Origin: a virus
Taxonomy: Duplodnaviria > Caudoviricetes
IMG/VR virus record: IMGVR_UViG_3300023115_000025
Coordinates: 1-52,851 of that record
Reading direction: 5' to 3' (one strand)
Length of the DNA: 52,851 bases
Positions 45,302-52,851 of this stretch are shown here, in pieces (positions within the stretch are counted from its first letter, which is position 1; each line of letters starts with the position of its first letter). Both the position numbers and the translations under genes were made by a program. The notes below the pieces were generated by a model, which was not told the DNA's origin, did not search any database, and worked only from the letters and a program-made list of their open reading frames with translations.

Positions 45302-45832
45302 TTATCTTACTGCCACATCATCATGTGTCCAGAAATCATAAGCAAATGTTACAGTATATTCTTCAATCTGGTCATTATTATCCCATGCTAGTTCGATAGC
45401 ACCCAATTCTGTTGGGAAAATGCCTGTAAAATTATAAGTTGCAATCGCTTTTCCATTTTTCGCATAATGAGTTACATAAGAATCTCTTGATTTATAAACT
45501 AACTGATTATTCAGTTGTGTACCACTTTCGTGTCCATTAATTGAACCCATCCACTCTTCGAGAGCATTTCTGATAGAAAAGTCTTCGTCATTTAAGATTG
45601 TTACAGTCCAAGGTTCAAAAGTTCTATTTCCTGCCATTCTAACTTGTCTACCAAAATATGGTACATCAATGGCTGGAATAGTTGAGCCGGGGATTTGTGC
45701 AGCCTTTACCATGAAATTAGAAAGAGCATCCGCATCAGTATTTACTGGATTGTTAATCTGAACTTCAAAAAGATTTGGTCTCGCCCCGCCATTTTTCAAG
45801 CGACTTTTGAAATCACTTATATTAAATGCCAT
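45302..45832 (-). CDS. gp19: Tail tube protein gp19
   Basis: GGARPNLFEV, AG.RTFEPWTVT..NDEDF, IEEYTVTF.YD.W. Confidence 0.97.
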   Translation of the reverse strand: MAFNISDFKSRLKNGGARPNLFEVQINNPVNTDADALSNFMVKAAQIPGSTIPAIDVPYFGRQVRMAGNRTFEPWTVTILNDEDFSIRNALEEWMGSINGHESGTQLNNQLVYKSRDSYVTHYAKNGKAIATYNFTGIFPTELGAIELAWDNNDQIEEYTVTFAYDFWTHDDVAVR

Positions 45833-45859
45833 TTTAGTTCTCCTCTAGGTCTTTAGTTT

Positions 45860-45867
45860 TATTTATA
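45860..45867 (-). promoter_or_regulatory. Late promoter TATAAATA (gp19)
   Basis: Exact match. Confidence 0.85.
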
Positions 45868-45876
45868 ATACTTTTT

Positions 45877-48207
45877 TTAAACTGTTCCAATAATTTCTTC
45901 GAAAGCTACACCAGAACGTACGGCGACAAAGTTCAGTTGAATGAAATTGATAGAACGTGCTGGTTTAATGAAAATATCCCCAACAAATTCATTTCTATCA
46001 ATTACACCAGCAGTATTGTTTGTTTCGTCACAAACAACTAGGAAATCATAAATACCACGTCTGCCTTTTACATCTCTCAAGAATGGTTCTACTAAACTTA
46101 CAAACTGCGAACGTGTAAACTCATCGTTGAATTCAAAGAGTGTAAACTTAGATGCAGCTGCAATAGATTTTTCAAGTACGATAAACAATCTACGAACATT
46201 AATTCTGTCAAATGCACTTGGTTTAGTGGTAAGTGTTTTATCACCAAACAAGACGGTGCCTTGGCCAGGAAATGTTACTACAGGGTTAATTGCCTTTTTG
46301 TAAAGATCATCTCTATCAGTTTTATTTTGTGCCCATGCAAGTTTAACAACATTTTTAATAATGCCTCTGTTAAATCCTGCTGGAGAGAACCACGCATCTC
46401 TTTCACTGTCTGTGCGAGCCATCAAACCAGCAACATCACCGTTCATTGGAACCCAGCGATATACGTCATTGTATTTATCGTACTGATATTTCCAGTTTGA
46501 ATCTGCGAATGCATAATTACTGGCCAAATCATTAAATGAACTAATTACATTACTTGCATTCTTTGACTGAACGGAAGCCCAAGATGCGGAAAGTATCGCA
46601 ACACAATCTTTTCTCGACTCAACTATAGAGATAAGGTGTGCGAGAATAGTGTTTCTGTTATCTGCATTTCCACCAAATTCTCCCCACTCACCCAACAAAA
46701 GAAGTGATACGTCAGTTGTCTCTGAATCCGCAAACAAATCAAATGCACTCGAAACAGTACCAACAGTTGGTGTAACACCATCATTACCGCCTGACATTGG
46801 AGAATAATACATTTCGGACAAAGACGGCAGTGCCGCATCGCCATTTGCAACATCTGTTCCCCATGCAAGATCTTCTGGATGATTAAGTGGCCAAATGAAA
46901 CCAGATTGTTCTCTAATCACATCTACATAATAAACATTAGTTCCATCAGCTCTTTTTCCATTTCCTGCTTTTGATAGGAAAGAGTGTGTTTCTACAACAT
47001 TCCATTGAAATCCACCATCACCAATAGCGACATTTTCTTCGACTATGACATGCAGTTCATTTGTGCCTGGAGCTGCATCAAATAGATTTTGATATGCTTG
47101 CGGTAATTCGCTAAATGTAGCGGAGTCCACTAAATAAACTCTTAAATTATTTCCTCTTTTACCGGCACAACGTGCGCCAAATACTGCATCACCGCCTTGG
47201 CCAGTATCATGAACTGAAAGATCATCTTCGTTACCAATGGGTGCTACAAGTGTTCCGTATTGGAAACTTTCAACAGCAGCACTAAAAACTTGAAGTGTAA
47301 CTGTTTGTCCACTTGTGGGCGCGGATACAAAAGTTACTGTCTGTCCACTAACCGTGTAATCTGTTGTAAGTGCAAGAGTTACATTGTCGAGTTTGACAGT
47401 AAGACTATCTGTAGTTTCAATAGTTTCAGTGACTACAAATTTAGTTCTGGCTGGAATATCAACTTCGATTGAAGCACCATCTGCTGGCGCAGCGTTGAAT
47501 GTTAATACAGCGCCAGTTGAAGAATATGTAGACGCATCTTGTACTACTGTATCAATTCTAACAACAACATCAGATTCGTATGTATCTCTTGAAAGAGTAA
47601 ATTGAGTTCTTGCTGCAATGGTGATTACAACATTACCAACAACAGCTTGAGGCGCGCCGTGCGGTGATGTACCAGCAGCAAAATCAATACTATTTCCTGT
47701 TCTTACGAATCCGACACCATCTGTTAGAGTACTTCCATCAACCGAAACGGTCGCGGTTCTATCTGTCATATCAGCTGGGTCAGTGATTGTAAATACGGTT
47801 GTTGTACCATCACCATCTGATACTTGCGTAACAGCAGCATCACCAGTGAAAGGAATTGCGTTTGTTGCGTCAACTCCACTTTCTGTATTTTGACCATCTA
47901 ATGCGGAACTTGATACTTTTGTACCAGAAATCGAATTCAGCGCACCAGTACCCAATGCTCTTACAACTTTTAAAGAATTTGAGTATGCAAGAAAATTGGC
48001 TGCAGTGAACCAAGATTTGTAATTTGTGGCGTTTGGTTTACCAAAAACGCTTACCAATTCAGTTTCTGAACTAATATTTTGAATTACATTAGAAGGGCCC
48101 CACGAAAACTGACCAACCATTGCACCATCTGAGGTACTGACAGCTGGTGCAGAAGCAGTAAGGTCGATTTCTGAAACATTAACGCCTGGACTTACTTGGA
48201 ATGGCAT
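45877..48207 (-). CDS. gp18: Tail sheath protein gp18 with inserted beta-sandwich domains
   Basis: SPGVNVSEIDL, WFSPAGFNRG, FDRINVRRLF, KPARSINFIQLNFVA. Confidence 0.97.
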   Translation of the reverse strand: MPFQVSPGVNVSEIDLTASAPAVSTSDGAMVGQFSWGPSNVIQNISSETELVSVFGKPNATNYKSWFTAANFLAYSNSLKVVRALGTGALNSISGTKVSSSALDGQNTESGVDATNAIPFTGDAAVTQVSDGDGTTTVFTITDPADMTDRTATVSVDGSTLTDGVGFVRTGNSIDFAAGTSPHGAPQAVVGNVVITIAARTQFTLSRDTYESDVVVRIDTVVQDASTYSSTGAVLTFNAAPADGASIEVDIPARTKFVVTETIETTDSLTVKLDNVTLALTTDYTVSGQTVTFVSAPTSGQTVTLQVFSAAVESFQYGTLVAPIGNEDDLSVHDTGQGGDAVFGARCAGKRGNNLRVYLVDSATFSELPQAYQNLFDAAPGTNELHVIVEENVAIGDGGFQWNVVETHSFLSKAGNGKRADGTNVYYVDVIREQSGFIWPLNHPEDLAWGTDVANGDAALPSLSEMYYSPMSGGNDGVTPTVGTVSSAFDLFADSETTDVSLLLLGEWGEFGGNADNRNTILAHLISIVESRKDCVAILSASWASVQSKNASNVISSFNDLASNYAFADSNWKYQYDKYNDVYRWVPMNGDVAGLMARTDSERDAWFSPAGFNRGIIKNVVKLAWAQNKTDRDDLYKKAINPVVTFPGQGTVLFGDKTLTTKPSAFDRINVRRLFIVLEKSIAAASKFTLFEFNDEFTRSQFVSLVEPFLRDVKGRRGIYDFLVVCDETNNTAGVIDRNEFVGDIFIKPARSINFIQLNFVAVRSGVAFEEIIGTV

Positions 48208-48275
48208 TTTTCATCTCCTCTATATTAAGTTTGTTTGTATCTATAAAAAATTCTTTTATTGTATGTTTCATAATT

Positions 48276-48283
48276 TATTTATA
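48276..48283 (-). promoter_or_regulatory. Late promoter TATAAATA (gp18)
   Basis: Exact match. Confidence 0.85.
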
Positions 48284-48294
48284 AAAAAACAGAT

Positions 48295-49905
48295 TTAGTC
48301 AACTACCCACATATCACCTTCTGCATCTACAAATGTTTCAATGTCTGCCCCACTTCGTATAAAACCGAAAGGCAACATATTTTCTTCCATTATTCTGATT
48401 CTTTCATCATATATCTCTCTTCTTGTATCTATATTACAGAGGTCTTTAAAATATGTCTCTGTGGTCATCCACGAAAATAAAATACAAGTATCTACCAAAT
48501 CATCAGTTCTGTCAGCTTCAGCTTCAAATTTTTGTCCTTTTGCGACAAACGAACTCATTTCATTTATAGTTTCATAATCTGGAATAAGTAATTTATCTTC
48601 TTCTATAAGACTTTTAAAATTAAAACATCCCTGTTTTTTAGTCGCTTTTGTTGTTCGTATACCCAAAGTAAATGCTTTGCCAAATCCACTAGAAATACTC
48701 TGTCCTTTTCTTGGATCATTTTGAACACTTATAATATTCTCATATTCCATTTCATGATATAAAATATCAACTACTTGTTGTCCCACATCATTTATTTCCA
48801 CCAAAATATAAGCATCGTTATATTCTCTGGAAAGTGCCATAATAATATTTGGATATATCATTGGTGGAATTTGATTTGATCTATACACAGCAACTTGTTT
48901 ATATGGCACTTCGGTTGAATCAAAAATGGAAAATGCAGAATAATCTCCACCCCTTCCTCTCGCTACATCTACTGTAACAAAATATAAATGATTTTCTTTT
49001 GGCGCTTCATATATTTTCAAATCCCCATTTTCCAAAATTCTTTTTGGAGTTCTATATGCTAATGATTTTAATTTTGCGGTATTAATAAGTGTGTTTGTAG
49101 AACCTAAAAATTCCGTATCAAATTCCTGCTTAAATTGTTGTTCACTGGTATTTTTAATGGTCATTTCTTTCCATTTTGCATCTCTGCCTGGAACTTCTGA
49201 CCAATGTACCTCAATTGGTACATATGTATTTCTACCTTCTTCTGCGTCAACCCAAAGTTTGTAAAAATGATTCATACCTTGTGGTGTTGATACAATTATA
49301 ACTTTTGTTGATTGACCAGAAGAAATTGTAGGATAAACTGAATTGAAAAATTCTTCTGCCAACTCATTTGGAACGAATGCAAATTCGTCCAAAAATAGAA
49401 TATTAAAAGAACCACCACGAATTGCACTGGATGATGTTGCAGCAGCCATTACTTTCGCGCCATTTTCTAATTCAATATTACCCTTGTTCCAAGTAACCAC
49501 CCCTTGTTGTAGCCATTTGGGTAAATGTTCATATGCCATTTGTAATCTACCTAACAGCTCCCTAGCGGTAGCGAGTTTGTTTGCAAGAAGTGCAACAGAA
49601 ACATCTTTATTAAATAAGATATAATGCAGAAAAAATGCAATACATGTAATTGACTTTCCTGATTGTCTCCCAATTTTACAAATAGTAAAACGATTTTCAT
49701 AAAAATTATTTACCATTTTTTCTTGAAATGGATATAAATCAAAATGAATTAATCCCAAATCTACGTTTACAATTTTAACATATGTCCTAATAAAGTATAT
49801 GGGGTCATTCATACACTTTACATATTCTTCTGCCTGTTGTTTATCCCATTGAATTTGTATACCGGCAGATTTCAAGTTTGGGTTATTATTATAAAACTCA
49901 CTCAT
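48295..49905 (-). CDS. gp17: Terminase large subunit gp17
   Basis: RQSGKS, FLDEFAF, VSTPQG.NHFY, VDVARG.GGDYS, DDLV. Confidence 0.98.
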   Translation of the reverse strand: MSEFYNNNPNLKSAGIQIQWDKQQAEEYVKCMNDPIYFIRTYVKIVNVDLGLIHFDLYPFQEKMVNNFYENRFTICKIGRQSGKSITCIAFFLHYILFNKDVSVALLANKLATARELLGRLQMAYEHLPKWLQQGVVTWNKGNIELENGAKVMAAATSSSAIRGGSFNILFLDEFAFVPNELAEEFFNSVYPTISSGQSTKVIIVSTPQGMNHFYKLWVDAEEGRNTYVPIEVHWSEVPGRDAKWKEMTIKNTSEQQFKQEFDTEFLGSTNTLINTAKLKSLAYRTPKRILENGDLKIYEAPKENHLYFVTVDVARGRGGDYSAFSIFDSTEVPYKQVAVYRSNQIPPMIYPNIIMALSREYNDAYILVEINDVGQQVVDILYHEMEYENIISVQNDPRKGQSISSGFGKAFTLGIRTTKATKKQGCFNFKSLIEEDKLLIPDYETINEMSSFVAKGQKFEAEADRTDDLVDTCILFSWMTTETYFKDLCNIDTRREIYDERIRIMEENMLPFGFIRSGADIETFVDAEGDMWVVD

Positions 49906-50336
49906 GTTCTATTCTTACCCTTTAACATTTCTAAAAATTCATTGGTATCACCAACAAAAACAGAATTGTTGTTTATAACCTTATTAGGGCCCCCGCCATT
50001 CTTTTCGTTTTGTATTTTATTCATTTCGATTTGTAATTGAGTTAAGTCTTTGACTAAATCAGCTGTTGTTTTCATCAATTGACCTGTGACTTCATATGCT
50101 CTTGGATGGTCACTTTCCTTTGCAACATGCATTAAATTTTCTAAAGCATCCTGACCCTTACCAATCAATTGATATAGTGTTTCTCTCCGAAACTCATAAT
50201 CGTCTTGGATTTCTCTATCTCTTTCTTTGGAAATATCATACTGCTCGACCTGTTTTATTACGGGCGGTTTATTGTTTTTAATTTCCGTATTGACTTCTAG
50301 AAAGTTATTCAGTTTATCATCTATATCATTACTCAT
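49902..50336 (-). CDS. gp16: Terminase small subunit gp16
   Basis: DYE..RE.L, A.ESDHPRAYEV, NN.VFVG.T.E. Confidence 0.95.
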   Translation of the reverse strand: MSNDIDDKLNNFLEVNTEIKNNKPPVIKQVEQYDISKERDREIQDDYEFRRETLYQLIGKGQDALENLMHVAKESDHPRAYEVTGQLMKTTADLVKDLTQLQIEMNKIQNEKNGGGPNKVINNNSVFVGDTNEFLEMLKGKNRT

Positions 50337-50348
50337 TTCAAACTCCTA

Positions 50349-51068
50349 TCAAGGAAGATCAGTCCCAAAACCAAAATCATTAGGTACAACCGAACTTGTA
50401 AATTTTTGATCTGGATTGTCTTTATCATATGTATTAGTTAATGCAGTTCTAATAATATCTCTTTTTGCAACAGTGCCATATATTTGACCTTTCATTGTAA
50501 AAGATAAAGTCCATATCAAAGCTCTTCTTGTAAGAAAGTCGCCTTCATACTCATCTTGTACATCAACCGAATCTAATATTAATGGAACATCAGTTGTTAA
50601 ATTCATTTCTTCAACTTCTTTTATTGGTAAGATAAAAGAAGGAGTAAAGAAAGGTAAAATCTGTTCTAAAATTTGAGTTCCATCTTCTGCGTTTTTTACC
50701 ATAATAGAAAGCGCAAACCCAATATCCCAAGGAACAGGATTATAAACAAAATTTGAAGTATTGTCATCTGGGTTTTTTATATTTCTAACACCACGAATTT
50801 TACTTCTTTTTCTTGTCGGGTCATAATTAAACGAAGTCATTTCAAAACTCATTCTAGGTAAAGTAATTGCAACTTCGTTATTTTGAGATTGTGCATCAAG
50901 TCTTGAAAGATATTTTTGGCCGGGCCCATATGCAAGGGGAACTTTTATAAGTTGTTGTGTCTTTCCAACACTATCTTTTCTTGCAACCGTGATATCATCA
51001 AAGACACTACCGAATGCAATTACATAGTTTCTAATTGTACTTCTATATTGTGGAGTTATACCTAACAT
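50349..51068 (-). CDS. gp15: Tail sheath stabiliser/completion protein gp15
   Basis: FG..F, KVPLAYGP, LPRMSFE, QILEQILPFF.P. Confidence 0.95.
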   Translation of the reverse strand: MLGITPQYRSTIRNYVIAFGSVFDDITVARKDSVGKTQQLIKVPLAYGPGQKYLSRLDAQSQNNEVAITLPRMSFEMTSFNYDPTRKRSKIRGVRNIKNPDDNTSNFVYNPVPWDIGFALSIMVKNAEDGTQILEQILPFFTPSFILPIKEVEEMNLTTDVPLILDSVDVQDEYEGDFLTRRALIWTLSFTMKGQIYGTVAKRDIIRTALTNTYDKDNPDQKFTSSVVPNDFGFGTDLP

Positions 51069-51919
51069 TAGTAACCCTCACTAAATGGATTAGTTACGGA
51101 AAAGTCTATGACATCATCACTTTTTGTTGTAAATTGATTATTATCTATAGTTTTGTCTTCGACATAAATAAATTGTTGTGTTGCACCCAACAAATAATTT
51201 GCAGCGCTTGTTATACCAATTGTATTTGTATTTTGCAAAAAGTTTCCAGTCAAGTTATTTAATCTTAATACACTAGTTCCACTATTCCAACTCAATACAA
51301 CACCACTTGCTGTCGCTTCTGCAAAATTTGTACCTTGATATACTATCTCTCCAATTTGGAAATCTCCAGAACCTGTACCCATTGTTAAATCTACTGAGTA
51401 TTGTTTTTCTGTTTCAATATCATCAATTACTTCAATACCAGTATTGAAATCTTCATGTGAGTACTCGAAGGTTTCTGTTTGCAATCTATATGCATAAGTT
51501 TTACCTAATTGATAAAAGTTAACTTCATCTTCAACAAATAGAATTTCAAATATTTTATCTACCAAAGGCCAGTAAAGTAAGTCACCTTCTTTTGGTACAA
51601 GATAGTTTGGATTTTCTTCTTCCCATCTTGTTTTAGATACCATCACATTTAATTGATCTCTTACTTCCAAACCAAACTTGGAAAGAAAGTCTCCCTCTCC
51701 ACCAAAACCTTCGGTATCTTCTATATACATTTCAATCAGAACGGCATTTTCATATTTTGCAAGATAATCTTCATTAAAAATTGTATCTGGATTCTCTGTA
51801 GTTTTTCTTATATAATAGAAATTTTGCCCATGAATTTGTATAGATTCTTGCAATAAAGTATCTATTAAATTTTGCTCTTGTACGAATGTAGTTTGATTGA
51901 AATATTGATTTATTGCCAT
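51068..51919 (-). CDS. gp14: Neck protein gp14
   Basis: EQ.L...L..ESIQI.G, IEMY, SKFGLE.RD, P.EGDL.Y.P, NPF.E. Confidence 0.95.
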   Translation of the reverse strand: MAINQYFNQTTFVQEQNLIDTLLQESIQIHGQNFYYIRKTTENPDTIFNEDYLAKYENAVLIEMYIEDTEGFGGEGDFLSKFGLEVRDQLNVMVSKTRWEEENPNYLVPKEGDLLYWPLVDKIFEILFVEDEVNFYQLGKTYAYRLQTETFEYSHEDFNTGIEVIDDIETEKQYSVDLTMGTGSGDFQIGEIVYQGTNFAEATASGVVLSWNSGTSVLRLNNLTGNFLQNTNTIGITSAANYLLGATQQFIYVEDKTIDNNQFTTKSDDVIDFSVTNPFSEGY

Positions 51920-51923
51920 CAAA

Positions 51924-52673
51924 TTATCCTATCATAAAATCAACTGGTAACTCATAACTCAATGACATTTCTTCTTCCAGTCTTTGAATTTCTTCGTTTG
52001 CTTCGTCAATAAGCCGTTGTCCATTGAAAGTAACTCCACCAGGCATCGTAATGCCATCATACTTGGAAACATTTTCCCCCCACTGTTTTTTAATTAATGC
52101 TGTTGCATATCTTTTTAACCATCTATCATTCCACACATCTGTATATGTATCTGGGTCTAAAATTCTCATAACTTCTACAATAATATATTCGCCTTCTGTA
52201 ATTCCATCATTCCAATCAATATCTAAGTGTAATTGATTTTGATGTCTATTATATCTTATAGGCACTTGTCCTTGCAACATATCATTAATCAATTGAATAT
52301 GAGATTGTGTCAATTCATATGTCAACATTTCTGTAGATGTTAGATTATAAACATCATTAAGAAACATTTGATACCGAATATCAAACATATTAATATTATT
52401 TGTTTGATCTCCAAGATATAAAGGTAATACTCTCTTAATACCAATAATCGCATCGTTAATTGGTATCCATCCATTTGTAATGTCTGTTGATGTAATCTGA
52501 TGTTTTAGAAAAACTTTTTCAACGGCATCATAGTGATAATCACGATAATATTCTAATGCGTCATCAATTCTATCATCAATTTGCTCATCAGCAACATTGA
52601 TTTGAATCACAGGTGATCCCAATTTTCTAAGACAATAATTTTTAAACTCAGTTCTAGATGTAACTACGGCCAT
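51924..52673 (-). CDS. gp13: Neck protein gp13
   Basis: YCLRKLGSPVIQINV, WLKRYATALIKKQWG.N..KY, PGGVT.NG. Confidence 0.96.
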   Translation of the reverse strand: MAVVTSRTEFKNYCLRKLGSPVIQINVADEQIDDRIDDALEYYRDYHYDAVEKVFLKHQITSTDITNGWIPINDAIIGIKRVLPLYLGDQTNNINMFDIRYQMFLNDVYNLTSTEMLTYELTQSHIQLINDMLQGQVPIRYNRHQNQLHLDIDWNDGITEGEYIIVEVMRILDPDTYTDVWNDRWLKRYATALIKKQWGENVSKYDGITMPGGVTFNGQRLIDEANEEIQRLEEEMSLSYELPVDFMIG

Positions 52674-52696
52674 GTCATACCTCTCTTTGATATGAC

Positions 52697-52704
52697 TATT
52701 TATA
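52697..52704 (-). promoter_or_regulatory. Late promoter TATAAATA (gp13)
   Basis: Exact match upstream of SD GAGG. Confidence 0.85.
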
Positions 52705-52715
52705 TGTTTTTGAGT

Positions 52716-52851
52716 TTATCCTTTTAGTGGTACTGTTGGTGGTGTAAAGTTTCCAGTGTATCTTGCTAGACCTTTAGTGATTCTTAGGTCTTGGATGTAG
52801 CCAGGAAAATATGAAATTGCATCCGCATTATTTCCAATACCAATTCTCACT
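52716..52851 (-). CDS. 3' end of a LamG/concanavalin-like domain virion protein (partial)
   Basis: Manual translation ...YFPGYIQDLRITKGLARYTGNFTPPTVPLKG*, the typical end of phage LamG domains. Confidence 0.75.
   Translation of the reverse strand, partial: VRIGIGNNADAISYFPGYIQDLRITKGLARYTGNFTPPTVPLKG

Noticed and set aside
14644-49905. Introns, inteins or homing endonucleases in gp41, gp43, gp46, uvsW, gp20 or gp17
   Set aside because: All are contiguous and of normal length, with no splicing or LAGLIDADG/HNH/GIY-YIG motifs seen.
24-52236. All plus-strand ORFs in the six-frame track
   Set aside because: Each lies antisense to a well-supported minus-strand gene, shows no recognisable motif and has the composition of a shadow ORF.
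1-52851. tRNA or rRNA genes
   Set aside because: Intergenic gaps are short and AT-rich, and none showed a cloverleaf with T-arm consensus by eye; tRNAscan-SE would confirm.

Overview
A 52.9 kb AT-rich segment of a T4-like myovirus genome of the marine type (Kyanoviridae/pelagimyophage-like gene order; no photosynthesis genes in this window). Every supported gene lies on the minus strand. Reading in transcription order (right to left): virion morphogenesis (gp13-14-15-16-17-18-19-20-67-68-21-22-23-3), recombination and late transcription (uvsY, uvsW, gp55, gp47, gp46), an accessory block with four DNA-methyltransferase-like genes and a vWA-metallopeptidase/CobS-like AAA pair, replication genes (gp45, 44, 62, regA, mazG, hsp20, gp43, uvsX, gp40, gp41), a late-promoter cluster of unknown proteins (about 6.9-14.6 kb), and mosaic fibre/adhesin genes. 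The best candidate for an undescribed system is the 6.9-14.6 kb cluster. Several of its proteins carry T4 internal-protein-type capsid-targeting signals or look like Glu-linked polyproteins for the gp21 protease, and it includes an RNA-ligase-superfamily enzyme, an HxGH nucleotidyltransferase fused to a putative BECR RNase, and two nucleases. This suggests a packaged, injected effector set. Regulatory findings include a ROSE-like RNA thermometer on hsp20, two matching atypical sigma70 promoters with GcrA-type TGATTCG sites, and a near-consensus antisense promoter beside gp55. All assignments rest on motif recognition and synteny by eye; no database searches were run.
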